From: the human T2T-CHM13v2.0 reference genome, Homo sapiens
Assembly: GCF_009914755.1 (NCBI RefSeq)
Contig: NC_060937.1
Direction: 5' to 3' (one strand)
Length of the DNA stretch: 64,000 nucleotides
Part shown: piece by piece, positions 27,399 to 58,426 of the stretch
Numbering within the stretch: position 1 is the stretch's first letter
How the letters are laid out: every line of letters begins with the position of its first letter
Made by a program: the position numbers and the translations under genes
Notes under the pieces: model-generated
The model's input: the letters and a program-made list of their open reading frames with translations, nothing else
What the model was told of the DNA's origin: nothing
The model's database searches: none

Positions 27399-28380
27399 TA
27401 ATGCTTGGTGTATGCAAGGCAGATAAAAATTTTTTGGAAAAGCAAGGCTGCCACCTTGTGGAACATTTGTATTGAATGCTTTCACTTTAAATCAACTGTA
27501 ACGCCACAAGTGATTTGCAGGATTCTTTTAATTTTTCTCAATACGAGTTTTCTCCCTGCATTTCATCATTTTGTCTCATTCATTCTATGGCATCGATGTG
27601 GTATTAGTGTCAGTTTGCACTCCAGCTTTTGAAGATATGCAGTTTCCATTAAAGAAAACTTAGTGACTCACTTTTCCTCTACCGCCTCTGTCTACGGATC
27701 TGTGTGCTTATCTGCATGGAACTCTGACTTTGAAGTCTGTCTTGTACTCCCTCAGAAAAATATCAGGAAAATGTCTTTAAAAGTCCATTAACTGTTACAA
27801 TTTAGAATTAAACACCTGTCACTTCCAAGGCAGAGGTGAGAAAATGTGAAGTTAAACAAATCACAGGGGATGCCTCCTCTGAGCATGGAAACTTCTCTCC
27901 CTAACTGGCTTGAGTTAGGTTCAGCTGTTCAACATGTGCACTTGATGTTGGATCTTCTTTGGCATGATGTTGGCAGAGACATTGGAATCTAGAGAACTGT
28001 TTAAGGCATGAGCCCGGCAACGTGGGCGCTGCTTTTTCTCCTTTCTTCTCCTTCCCTTGCTTATACATCACTGGGGCAGAGGTGAGGGGTGGCAGAAATA
28101 TCACTTATGGGATCAGAAAATGAAAACCCAGGACTCAAAAGGCTGGCAGCTGAGGGTCTAGACGACTCCTCTCTGCTTACTTAAATCCCTACTGTCTTAC
28201 CTCTTGGCCCACAATAAAAGTAAAACATGCCCCAGGGAGAGAAAAAGCAAAATATTATGAATTGAATTAAAACCGTGTACATAGCTCTTAATTTATCGCA
28301 TGCTGTCAAATGTATTGGCTATAAAGGGATAAGTATGTCAAAGTCTTGGAGCCAGGCAGCCAATTTGAAAGTTCTCCTGG

Positions 28381-29190
<810 letters not shown>

Positions 29191-30334
29191 ATATGTTCCT
29201 TCCCTGCTGCCCTCCAACAGTGCAGGGACATGGCAGCTGCCGTGTTGGTATAGACCCTGCCCTCCTGGCTGCGGTGGATTGGTCTGGAATAGAACCTGGT
29301 TCAGACAGGGCAGCCAATCAGCCCCTTTCCCAGGGATTTTTGACTCTTAGGGAGAGCATAGTTAGAATTTCTCTGGTGTACATGCAGTAAAAGAGAATGA
29401 AATTGCTACCCAGATCGAAGTAGAGAAAAGCCTGGTGAGAGTTCCGAGGGCTTCAGGTCCTCAGTTGGAGTTTTCCTACGTCCCAGCTGCTCCCCTGACC
29501 TCCCCAGGTTTGACCCTGTGACACTCCTGTAGACCTTTCCTATCAACTCCTCTTTTGTCTAACCCATTTCGAGATGACTTTCTGTTGTTTCTGTCCAAGA
29601 GTCCTAATGATTACATATGGAGAAACCTGTATCAAGGTCCCAGCTTGGCCAGGAAAGATTCGAGTACCAAAGAGTATTCCTTCCCTGTAAGCAGATGATA
29701 TGGAAACCAGATTATCAGAAGGTTGCTCGGAGACCGTAAAATCAGAACAAGGTGTACTAACATAATAACGTGATTAACAGCAACAGGCTCTGCTAATCTA
29801 ACGTGCTCATCTTTAAATAGAAATAGATCTGTCATGAAAGGAGAATGCTTCGTTGCTAGGGCTCCCTTTATTTGGAAAGCTCTTGGATGACCACTGCATT
29901 GCTTGTTTCTGTGGCCTCTTTTCTATGCTTGCATGACTGACTCAATGCTCTTTGTGATTTATTTATTTGTTCAGGGATTCAAAAATATTTATTGGACATC
30001 TACTCTATGACAGGTGTTGTTTCAAGTTTCAAGAACACAATGGTGAATAAAGAAAAATTCCTGCTGTAGTCCCAGCTACTCGGGAAGCTAAGCCAGGAGG
30101 ATTGCTTGAGCCCAGGAGGTCTGGACTAGCCTGGACAACATAGTGAGACCCTGTCTCTAAACAGGAAAAAAATCCCTGCTTTTATGGAACTTACATTCTA
30201 ATAGGATAAGCAGATATAAACAGATATACAAATATATGTATATATACACATTTTAAGTTGATGATCAAGTTCTAGTAAGAAAAACAACATAGGGAAAGAG
30301 GGTGGGGCACAATGGGGATTGGTTTGTTATGGTC

Positions 30335-32539
<2,205 letters not shown>

Positions 32540-32899
32540 ATGGTCTTTTTCATAAGGATAACTGAGTAGAGACCTGACTGATGCAGAGGGGTGAGTCCTA
32601 TGAAAGACCCAGAGTTGGAAGATTATAGGCCAGGTGAACAGCAAGGCAATGACTTTGAGGCAGGAGAGAGCTTGAGGGGTTCCAGGGAAAACAAGATGGC
32701 CATAGTGGTTGAGCAAGAGTGGGAAGGAGAGAAGGTGAGGTTGGGAGTGTCAGGGGCAGGGGCAGGAAGAACCTTGAGACCTTGGTGAAGGTTTGTATTT
32801 TATTGTTATGGGAGCCTTTGAACATAACTTAAAGAAGTTATTTACTTTTTTGGTGGTTGTCCTCGAGTTTGCAGTATATGTTTATAACTAACCCATGTC

Positions 32900-33988
<1,089 letters not shown>

Positions 33989-34019
33989 TAAGGAGCCTCT
34001 GTCAATACATTAAATCACA

Positions 34020-40120
<6,101 letters not shown>

Positions 40121-41029
40121 CTAATCTTGACCCATAAGGGCATCTGGAAAGACAGGTGAGGAGTCAGCATTTTTGTGGTTGACAGAGAAAATGGTGGAGG
40201 ATTCATTCATTCATACTTATACTTTCTTGCATTGCCTATCTTTTGGTTTTATAAGAGAGAGAAAAAATTATTTTATAAGCAATTATTTATAAAACAATTC
40301 ATTAGAGCAAATTTGTTTTTGAATCAGGAGCAAAATATTTTTTGTAATAAATGGACAAAAGCTTTTGCCTCTTGTCGATTTCAATCATTAAACTGTGAGG
40401 GAGAGTTTTTCAATTTAGTGGATTAACATATTTCAAGGCATTATCCTTCAACAATAAGGGAGAGGTTTCTCTGGCCTCATTAATTTTTGGTGTAAACTCA
40501 TGAATTCTTATTTCATTCAATAGGCTATAATCTATTACGGACATTAATTATTCTGACCCTCAAACTGAACCAGATTTGACAGGGGCAGCCCCTTCAAGCT
40601 GGCTTTGTCCTTCTGACTCTTCACCATTTTGTGAGCCCTTCTTTACTTTTAGGCACAATATATTCTAGGCTTATCTTGGACTTTCCCTGTCACGGCCTTG
40701 GGATCAGCCAGTTCTCTAGAGAATGGAACTGGTTTTATATATTTGCAATTTTCTAAATTGTGTGTCTGAGACACAAGTTTTTTATAATTTTTATTTACCA
40801 GGTTTTAAAAAATGCCATTTGATATTCAGTTTAATGCCAATTACCTTCTGGCAACATTTGTTTCCCACAACCTAATATATCCCATGAGCCCCTGACCTTG
40901 GGGTCAAAATTTCTCCCAGCTACACCAGGTTTTAAGAACTAATGAGGCTGGCAAGGGATGAGAGTATTTACAATTTTTTTTAAAGTAGTTTTAAAAACAC
41001 ATGTAAAATAAAAAGCACCTCAGTATTTT

Positions 41030-41583
41030 TTGTATCTATGTAAATATTTTATTCTGCTTCCAGATAGAACATTGAAGTTTACATGTTATTTTAAAGACAA
41101 TAAACAGCTAAGCTACTGACATAAAATATACAATAAATTTATGAGATATAAGGTACAGATGAGAAAAATCTGAAATAAGTTTTTAACTTCATTTAGCCTA
41201 TTAGGAACATGAAGATGTCTGGAATTGATGCTGGCCTTGGTCTCAAGTACTTTTTCCCATATGTATTCGTTTTATCCTTCCAGAAAGCATATCATATTAG
41301 AGTGTCTAAGAAATCAGTGAATCACTAAGTTTTCCATCTTACCGAAGTACAAAACATTATTTCAAATCTAGGCCTTCTGACAGAATCCAATATCTATTTT
41401 TATACTTACTTTTCTTTCTACTAAGTTCTTTAATAAAATTATGAATCAGAAAGCAAGTACAAGACATGCTTATTTCACACAGAATATCAATGAAGACTTA
41501 AGAAGATAAATAGCAAGTACTTCTAAAAAATCACAAATTTTGACATTTGGAACAATATAATTGCCATACTATTATATCTTTTA
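41030..41583 (-). other. MICU2: MICU2 3'UTR
   Basis: AT-rich, repeat-free sequence between the stop codon and the AATAAA at 41048-41053. The cleavage site is estimated. Confidence 0.8.
41048..41053 (-). terminator. Polyadenylation signal AATAAA of MICU2
   Basis: tttatt on the + strand; T-rich downstream elements follow on the minus strand (~41020-40985). Confidence 0.75.
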
Positions 41584-41688
41584 TTAAAAAAGACCTTTTC
41601 CAGCTTGTTTCCAGACTTCTTTTACTCCTTTAATGCTTTCTTTCTTCACACACTTCCAGTATTCTTGTATACTCTGATGTTGTGGTAC
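41584..41688 (-). CDS. MICU2: MICU2 terminal coding exon (34 aa + TAA)
   Basis: aacag|GTA; translates VPQHQSIQEYWKCVKKESIKGVKEVWKQAGKGLF*, including the C-terminal Cys used for the MICU1-MICU2 disulfide (established knowledge). Confidence 0.97.
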   Translation of the reverse strand, partial: VPQHQSIQEYWKCVKKESIKGVKEVWKQAGKGLF

Positions 41689-43495
41689 CTGTTAACCGAA
41701 AGTAAAAATCAAGGGGTCATTGTCTTCAAGGTTAAACATGATTTCATATATACTTTACGTTACTGTTTATTTCCTTCCCACACTCCTCCAAAAATAGTTG
41801 AGGGTGAATTATGTTGTAAAAGATGATCACAACAGAACTGAAAATGGGGGTAAAAGACAAAAAGTGAATGTAACTACGCTTAAGGTTACTAGGGAGTGGA
41901 ACCAGACTGAGCACACATTAATGGAGTTTCTTCTCTAAGAGGGTAATGAAGACTTTGGGCCATCTCTTCTTTCACATACTGGCTTTAAAATTTAATTACT
42001 TTATCATGTTTTCCTTTTATAATGTTTTATAATCTTTCCCTTTTTTTCTGGTGAACTTTGTTTAGCTATGTAGAATACAATTATAAGCCTAAAGCTTTGA
42101 TTTAACATTGGCTAAAATTAAAAAAAAAAAAGGCCACAAAATATTTGATGAAAAGCTTCAAGAAATAATCTAATTCATGGACGTGTTTTGTTAGCTAAAA
42201 ATACATGTGGATTACTACTACTCTCAACAAAATGAAAAGGTAAAGGTTAGGAAATATTTGGATCCGGGGGACCACAGGAGCATAGCACTGATGAAAATTA
42301 GCCAAGTGGAAGCAAAATTCTACTCCAGATTATATATGTTCTTTTTCTTATGACTGATTTACAGCTTTTCTTTTTAATGTCTTCTGAGAAAGGGCAAGGA
42401 GACTCCCAGGTACACTCAATTGTGAACTGAAAAGACTGGCTTAATTTCCCGGAATATATTTATGGGTGTTGGATAACTGCAAAGCTTATAAAATATTAAT
42501 ATGTTTGCTAATGAAAATAATATTTATTTTTCCCTAAGTTATGTTTGTTGCAGGAAATGGAATTGCTTTTCTAAGTTGTAAATAGCTTTATTTTCATGAA
42601 TAGTACCATATTCTCTCTCTCTCTCCTTCCTTTTTTCTTGCCTACCTACCAACCATGTAGATTCTCTTTGGACCCTAGTCTTCCCCTGGCAGACTTCTTT
42701 TCTGAGAGTGCTTCTAGCACATTCTAATCTGAACAAAAATCTGAATTTGATTTGTCCCACAAGTATAGACTCATATGTGACTTTGAGTGAATAATGCTAA
42801 TAGTGAAATTTACTTCATAATCTCAGCCACTATACTAAGTATTTTACATCAAATTCTAACAATAATGCTTTCTGGTAGATTAGTTTCCTCATGGTATGGG
42901 TCAAGAATCTGAGACTAAAAAAAATTAAGTGGCTTTGCAAGATTAAGCAGTTAATAAACAGTAGAGGTGGGATTTGAATTTACATATATCTAATTACATG
43001 TAGTTAGTCAAATCCTAGGCTATGATTTTTTTTCCCTTTTTTTGTAGAAACAGAGTCTCATGATGTTATCCACGCTGGTCTCAAACTCCTGGCCTCAAGT
43101 GATCCACCCGGCTCGGCCTCCCACAATGTGCTGGGATTACAGATGTGAGCCACCATGTCCAGCTAGGCTACATTTCTGAATAGTAATTTCTTTTTTAAAA
43201 AATTATTTTTTTTTGGAGACAAGGGCTTGCTCTGTTGCACAGTCTAGAGTGCAGTGGTGCGATCGTAGCTCACAGTCACTTTAAATAGTGATTTCTTATT
43301 AGATTCAGATTATTTTTTAAAAAGCAAAGATGTTTAATCTCATATATAAAATATATTTCTGTATTTCAATTACAGCTTATAGTCTTTTTATAAGTGATGA
43401 AAACTCCATTTAAAGACTGTACAATTGCCCAAATTCTAGGTTTAATATCAGTTAATGACAATGTAAACATGTATTATATAAAAAAAATCTGTTAC

Positions 43496-43653
43496 CCATA
43501 AACCTCGATGCATTCTGTTTTTTAACACCCCAAGAAACTCTTCATGACTAAGACATTCATCACCATCCAAATCAAAGATCTTAAAGACAGTGTCCAAAAT
43601 ATTGTTTGAGAGTTCTTGTCCTGTTGCTACTTTCACAGCTCTCTTAAACTCCG
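43496..43653 (-). CDS. MICU2: MICU2 coding exon with C-terminal Ca2+-binding EF-hand (158 nt, phase 1/0; likely exon 11)
   Basis: ttttag|CG GAG...TGG|gtaaca; translates EFKRAVKVATGQELSNNILDTVFKIFDLDGDECLSHEEFLGVLKNRMHRGLW, containing the canonical EF loop DLDGDECLSHEE. Confidence 0.97.
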
Positions 43654-43889
43654 CTAAAAAACAAACATAAAACAACTTATCAACTATGTGAAATAGTCTA
43701 AGTGAAATTAATCTAAATTTTCATTATTTGAGAAGTAAAAGCAAATCCAAATTTTTATTATTTGGGAAGTAAAACAAAAACAAAAATACCCATGAAGAAA
43801 ATATTCAAACCATAAGCCGACGAATGTCATGAGAGTCACTGCAAGACAAATGAGCTATTGTAATTTAATCAATGCTCTAAACATATATT

Positions 43890-44168
<279 letters not shown>

Positions 44169-44386
44169 TTCTTCCTTCTTTTTAGGAGAATGAGAAAATA
44201 AAAGTATAGAAAGTAACCATTAAACTGGAGTACTGGTATTCTAAATCTAGAATAACCACACTGAATTAAAAGGTCAATCAACTATTTTTACTTATAATTT
44301 GTTCCTTGATTGGTAGCATTTAGTTGAAGAATATAGTAAAACTGTTTATAGATGATAAAAATTAAATGGTTTTTCATATAACTTAC

Positions 44387-44495
44387 CTAGTCTGACAGGA
44401 CGATGAGCTAAACTGAACATCTGCATGGCAATAGCAAAGTCTTCCAAGTGGGTTGTAAAATGGCAAAATGACTTGAATTCATCCAAACTAATGCT
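44387..44495 (-). CDS. MICU2: MICU2 coding exon (109 nt, phase 0/1; likely exon 10)
   Basis: attag|AGC...G|gtaagt; translates SISLDEFKSFCHFTTHLEDFAIAMQMFSLAHRPVRL(A). Confidence 0.96.
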
Positions 44496-44583
44496 CTAAT
44501 AAAGTAAGAGTTTTTATTACAATTTTGTAAGTACATTAAATAATCTTATAAATGTTAACTATGAACTTTCTTTTCTACCGTAG

Positions 44584-44839
44584 AGACTAGTATCATTCTA
44601 AGAGGAAGAGACAACAGAGCTTTCTCTGTCCCTTTCTCTCTGTGTGCACACAGAAATGGCCACACAAAGGGCACAGTGAGAAGGTGCTGTGTGCAGGCTG
44701 GGCAAGAGGCCTCACCAGAAACTGGCCCTGCTGGTGCCTTGATCTTGGACTCCTGGCCTCCAGAACTGTGAGAAATAAATTTATTGTTTAAGCTGCCCAG
44801 CCTGTGGTGTTTTGAGGTGGCAGCTTGAAGAGACTAACA
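44584..44839 (+). mobile_element. MST/MLT1A-type MaLR LTR, 3' part
   Basis: ccttgatcttggact...cctccagaactgtgagaaataaatt...gactaaca. Confidence 0.8.
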
Positions 44840-45107
44840 TACTCTGTTAAGTGGTCCACTTCTGCTAAGTTTTATTAGTGGACATAGCACTGAGTAAGAG
44901 CACAGAGTTTTGGAGTTAGATGGACTTTTAATGCTGAAATTCCGGTTCTGCCCTTTATAACGTGTATGACCTTAGCCTCTCTAAGTCTTAGGTAAGTAAC
45001 GCTTCAGGGGTTATGTAGTTTGCCCAAAGTCTACTAACTGGAACAATCAGGATCTGAACCTTGGTCCATCTGACTTCAAAATCTGAGCACTTACAAATAA
45101 AACAAAC

Positions 45108-49870
<4,763 letters not shown>

Positions 49871-51250
49871 TCATATAAAGTTTTATAGCTTGTCTAGTTT
49901 CTTCCCAATAATTCAATGGTATTTTTATTGAAACCCACGAGTATTCACCAGTATCTGGATCTTTTCTGATTCCTGCACGTACGAAAGACTGAAGTTCCTT
50001 GCCTCCCTGCATTCAGGTGGGGTTATGTGATTAGTCTGGCCAATAGCCAAGTGTCATGTGATGTTTCCAGGCCAAAACATTTAGTTGCTGGATTTTGACT
50101 CCCCTCCTTCTTTTCCTGCCACAGCCTCTGAGCGTGGTACTTCTTTCAGATGATGTAACTCCAAGATGGCACAGCCTCAGAGAGTCTAGACCCCTGAATG
50201 GGTCTAGACCTCTATGCGGACAGAGACTCCTATCAGCCCACAATGGAACTGCGGCATGACTGAGCAAGAAACTCAGTGTCAGACAGGGGGATTTCAGGGT
50301 TAATTTGTAACTGCAGTAAACTTGGGCTGTTCTAATATAACCATTACACTTATAGACTAACTGAAGACAGAATTGCTGTATTTATAATTCTAAGACTTTC
50401 TATTCAATAATAGGGGATGTCTTATAATTAGATAAGTTTTCTTTTTATATCCATCAAGGCTATCAAGTTTTCTTTTTTTTTGTTAAATTTATTTCTAATT
50501 GTTATATATTTATCTTGCAGTTATAACTGGGTTCTTCTACTGCAATTTATTTTTTTCTTACAATAGAAGTAACTTTTTAAAAAGTTACATAAAATACATG
50601 TCCATTGTAAACATTTTTTTGGAACAATACATAAAGGTATAAAGAAAGAAAGTAAAAATCACTTGAAACCTCACCACTGTACATGAATAATTATTAATAG
50701 CTTGGCAATCATCATTTCATACATCTCGTATATATATACACACACATATGCATGTCATTACATTTTCTACTTGTAATTTGTATATAGGAGAGCTGCTGCT
50801 GCTTATATATTAGCATTGTGACAGGTACTTTATTGAATTCTTATTGTTTCTACGGTTTTTCTACTGGATTCTCTTGGGTTCTCTAGGCATATAATTGCAT
50901 CATATAAAAACAAAGACAACTACTACCCCCTTTCACATTTTTATACTCTTTTAAATAATCTTGTTAATTTGGACTGGTTAAGATTTACAGAGTGATATTA
51001 AATAACAGTAGTGATACTTGTCTTATTCTTGACTTTACTGGAAATGGAAAACTTGTAATTGCTACACTGATTCTGTCTTAGGCAGTAGTTTTCCTTTACA
51101 GGAGAAGAGCATGTACAGAACATTCCTCAAGTTGATTTTATATACCATCGAGGGTAGCACAGTCTTGGTTAATTCAGAAGTTACTTTATGTAAACATGTC
51201 TAACTTATTATTTCATCTTTATCACATGCATAATAAAAGGGTATACCAAC

Positions 51251-51422
51251 CTCTCCTGCTGACAACTTCTCTCTCACATTTTTCCAATAAATATCTTTAT
51301 TTTCAGTGTTAGTGAAAAAAAGTAGCCACTCTGCAAAGTCTTCTTTTCTCATGAAACTCAAACCTTTAGAAAACTGAAGGAATTCCATTTCTTGAATCTC
51401 TGTTTGTAAATTTTCCATAAAT
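51251..51422 (-). CDS. MICU2: MICU2 coding exon (172 nt, phase 2/0; likely exon 9)
   Basis: ttcag|A TTT ATG...GAG|gttggt; translates FMENLQTEIQEMEFLQFSKGLSFMRKEDFAEWLLFFTNTENKDIYWKNVREKLSAGE. Confidence 0.96.
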
Positions 51423-53056
51423 CTGAATGTTAAAATACAAAATTAGTAAGGTAACTAGTGGCATTCAACCTTAAATATTGTAAATGGGTCTGCAAAGTAC
51501 CTTCACTATTACCTACTGAGTGGCTGCCTCCTGATGGTAAGCAGGATGAAGCATTAGTGCTGTGCAAGGATTGTGGGGAGAGGAAGGATGCAGAGAAACT
51601 GATTAAGTCCAACACTGGCTTCCATCAGTAACTCTCTATACTCAACTTGTTTGTGTAAGTTATACCTGGCAACCTACATTCTGATAAACCTAAAGACTTA
51701 AAAAAATATGTCAAATGTTGCTTTGATACATCCATAGAAAATAACAATTCCATGGAAACTATTTTCCAATACAGAAAAATTATCAATAATCAGATAAATT
51801 TAAAATTGAGGTGGGACACTGCTTTTAGAATGTTAATCATAATTACTACTTCCTAATATTTTTCAAATACCAAAGTTAATCAGTGTAATCAATGGCTTGG
51901 CATCAAAAGCTTAGCTCTATCTAAAAACATAATCTTTTTGACAATAATACATGTCGATATGACTCAACATTCCTTTCTTACAAAAACAACATGGTACTTC
52001 GATCAAACTGTCATCAATGGCTTCCCAGGAAAGGGACACGTTGAAAAGATATCAGATGAAAATATATCTTCTTTGAACAAGAACCCAGAAACGTTGCACT
52101 TGATTTATTTATAACCTAAATCATGTGAAAAGTATTATCATCTCCATGCATTTTAATATGCTGCAGATCCCTTTATTCACTTTTCCACATGTGAAAAGAT
52201 CGGTACTATCTGTCATGTCAAATTCAAATGAAAATATACATGGGGTGATAGAAGAGGGACATTCCAGTTCAGTGGGAGAAAAATCATCACTTAAAAAATG
52301 ACTTGCTTGAAGTTCTACATTTATCCTATAAATCTTAAAAGCATGAAGGAGGAGTTTGATCTTAGACTTCTGTCTACATGGTAGGCAAGAGTTTGTTACT
52401 TAAAACATTTTCTGAATGTACTGAATACACGGATTCATCAATGCCATGTTTCTTTCTGGGTCAAAGCAGAACTTTATCTAAAATTTGAAGTATTTCAAAT
52501 TTGGACTGATAGAGCAACAAAATATTTTACTGATATACTTTGCCTTTTATTTTGTTGAGTTTTCCTGCCCTGTATACTGTAATGACATTCAACTGATTTT
52601 TATTAGAACTGTTAAATGTATGCTTTACTTGCAAATGAGTGTACACTGAATTAGGCAAGCAGAAGATAGGGTATAAAACCATTACTAACTTGTTCCTTTC
52701 CCTTTTTTCTTCAGGCTCTATGCGAGCCTCTACCAGAGGCTGAAATATTATAAACTTAATTGCTGTTAAACTATACATTGTCTGGATTAAGCTACTTTCA
52801 TCTTACCTAATTACACTACTTTTAATGAATATAAATCAATTTATGATGATAATCTTTTCCCTTTAAGCCTAAAATCATATTATCTTGTTATAACATGAAA
52901 CTCTGGAACATGAGCTGAACATGCATATATGAATTGGAAAATTTATAGTAGATAAGGCTGCCAGACACATTGTGAACAAATTACATACTTTATAAATTAG
53001 TGGGTTAATTGGAAACAATGGGAGAGATCTGTTTTTCCTTATTGGAATTGTTTAGG

Positions 53057-53253
53057 CAGTGTTGTACTGGAGTGGCGCGTACAGGCTGTGAGTCTATCAT
53101 GCATGTCTTCCCACCTCTGCTTCATGCAGGGGAGCTTGACATTGGCATGGTAGAGTATTTATTTATTTATACTACTAATTGGCAAACACTACAAATCAAG
53201 GCTGTTTTTCCTGAGACAGATGATTGTTAAACATATTTACTAGCACACCACTG
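53057..53253 (+). mobile_element. hAT DNA transposon relic (MER63-like)
   Basis: Terminal inverted repeats cagtgttgtactgg ... ctagcacaccactg. Confidence 0.7.
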
Positions 53254-54351
53254 CCTCTAGACACCTCTGAATTTATAAAAACGCTTCATGAAACTCAGAA
53301 ATCCTCAACTAATAATTGGTATTTCAGAATTTTTAACAATCTCAGCCCTAAAAAGTACATCAGTATCAATATCCTCCCCAATTTTTCCTGACGAGAAGAC
53401 TTGAGGCCAATTTTCTTCCCTCTAACCATTATATATCTTAAGTCACAGGTTTATTTTCAGTTTAAAAAATTCATTGGAATAAAAAATGAGGTCAAATGTG
53501 TCAGAATAGAAATAAACTCAGGGATTATTTCTGGTCACTATCTTTAAGGCTAATCATGGAGTTTAAAAGAAGAGAAAAGAAATGCAGAAGAAGAAAAATC
53601 ACCAAAGAGAGTAGGAGAGAAGAGTAAAAAAGACCAGAAAAACACAACAAAATCAGAAGGCACTGATGCAGGGCGGGTAAATGCCATCAGGAGCTGCCTG
53701 AGTAGCCCAAGAGTCAATGCTTTCCCCCAGAACAATACGTAGTAGGTTGACAGAAAACTCAATTTTCAGAATTTAAATTATCTGCTGCTTTCATAACAAT
53801 AAAAGCACACCAAAATTCTGGGAGACAGAATTAAATTACACTGTGGTTTTTACTTAAACGGTTAAGTGATATTTCAGCTGGAAAATCTTTTTGATTAGTT
53901 GTATAAGTAAAAAAAAAATCAGAAAAGAAGTGACAAATTTTTCTTTAACTGATGAGTTTCTTTTGATCCGTGGTAGTATCTACTGTATATGACTGTCCTT
54001 CTGGTAACCTAGTCTGGTACTTGAAAGCCCATTCAATGCACCCACCACCTACCAGGGAACTGTGGAACTCTTTCAGAAACTACATGATCACTTAAACCTT
54101 TCATGAGAAACCTGAATCTCGCCTCTTCAGTTTCTAAAGTATGTGATCCTGTATCAAGTCCCTCAACCTCATCAGATTCTAGTTATAAAGAGAAGACACT
54201 TACCTCACCTTGTAAGGATAGGTGAGATGACACATATGGAAAATACTTAGAAAGACGCCATGCACCATGTAAGTACCTGCCAGTTGCTGTGATGGTACTG
54301 AGGATGATATGTAACTATCTTTTCGTTTTCATTCTTCATGCCCAGACTCCA

Positions 54352-56748
<2,397 letters not shown>

Positions 56749-57659
56749 CAAGGCTCTTATTTCTTTTCTGGAATATCTGAATGGTCTTCTCTCTCATAAA
56801 ACCTATCCTTTACTCTGCTGCCAGAGTGATGGGCACATCTGACCAAATACCCTTCACGTGGCCTTCTTCAGGGCCTCTCATCACTGAGTTAATCAACAAG
56901 CTACCTCTATCTTATGGTGTATAAAACCTTCACACAGGTAAGTTCATACTTCCCAGCCTCCATTCTCCTCACCTTATGCTTCCTACTTTATCAACTCTAC
57001 TGCTTCTAATTCCCTTTACAAACCATACACTTTCATGCCTCTACGTCTTTGCTCTTGCTGTGTTATCATTCCCTCAAATGCCTCCCTGCCCAAACCACTT
57101 TTGCCTGTTAATCCCAGCTAGTTTGTCAAGATTCAACTTAGTATTTCTTCTGGAAAGCCTTCCCTGATCACCTAGTCCCAACCTTCAACACAGGGTACAC
57201 TAAGTGATCTTCTGTGCTACCCAAATACCCTATTTATCTAAGAAAGCACTGACTACAATGTATTTAAATGTTTTTCTGCATGTTTACTAGATAGTTTCCA
57301 GTACTATCCCTAGTGTTTGAGGGGTAATTTGACACATAATAGCATATATCACATTCAATAAATCTTTATTAAACTAGATTCAGCTGAATAAGATGCAGGT
57401 CTCCTGCCTCCCAAGTCAGTGTTTTTCCCCACTATTCTGTACTGCTTTTTGATATCTGTTTTAAGACTTTGGTTAGTGGAGTAGCACAGGGAGGTGCACT
57501 GTCTCACTATGCATGGCATTATTATCATTGGAAAGATGGTAGACAGGACACTGTATTTTAATGTTTATAATAATCATATAAGGTAAGCATTATTATGTCT
57601 ACCTTTTAGATAAAGAAATGAGCTTAGGGAGGTTAAATAAGTACTTAAAATTAATGTTA

Positions 57660-58042
57660 GTATAAAGCTTTACTGGAACATGTCCATGTCTATTTGTTAA
57701 TGTACTGTTTATGGCTGCTTTCACACTACAACCATGGAGTTGTGTAGTTGTGACAGAGACCATATTTACTCTTTAGGCCTTTGCAGAAAATGTTTGCCAA
57801 CCCTTGTGCTAGAGAATGAGAGACTACATGAAGCAGAGCTGAGGTGTCCCAGTTGAGACCATCTTAGAAAAGCCAGCAGCCAGCAAACCCATCAGCAGAC
57901 TGCAAATGCAAGAGTACTGTCAAGATCAGCCAATCCTGTTCCAATCAGGAGAACTGCCCAACCGACTCAAAGACTCACAAAAATAACAAATGGTTGTTGT
58001 TTTAAGTTGGGTTGGTTTGTTTCGCCTAAAGAACAACTGACG
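57660..58042. mobile_element. MER58-like hAT fragment (57660-57806) followed by an MLT1-type LTR 3' part
   Basis: atggctgctttcacactacaa...gtttgccaacccttg; aataacaaatggttgttgttttaag...aactga. Confidence 0.65.
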
Positions 58043-58328
58043 CTAGGCGCATGGTTCTTTGTTGCAAACATTAAGTTACTAAAAAGAATTATTGTATTCT
58101 ATGAAACAGATACTACTTTCTATAGTAAGGTACGATATTTTGAGCATACTAATTTTAGTTTCTATTTCATAGGTTTAGTTCTCCGAGATAAATACTACAC
58201 AGATCCACAAAATCCACAAACAGTATTTTAGTTTTATGATCTGCAGTTCTAGAAAATGAATATATTCTGTTTCTCTTTATTTCTTACCCATAAAATTTCC
58301 CTAAATGAATGTAAATATTTGCATTTAC

Positions 58329-58426
58329 CTTCGAAATTCTTTATAATGAAGTTTTCTTTGTCCTCTTTTTCCAAAGAAACGCATCTGAAGAGTTGTGTTA
58401 ATTTCAGGTTCTTTCACTATTGCTTC
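58329..58426 (-). CDS. MICU2: MICU2 coding exon (98 nt, phase 0/2; likely exon 8)
   Basis: aatag|GAA...AG|gtaaat; translates EAIVKEPEINTTLQMRFFGKRGQRKLHYKEFR(R). Confidence 0.95.

Noticed and set aside
27664-27752. Possible minus-strand cryptic exon ending AA|gtgagt, overlapping an AP-1 TGACTCA
   Set aside because: The acceptor is weak (GAG) and single short motifs are expected by chance; no supporting evidence.
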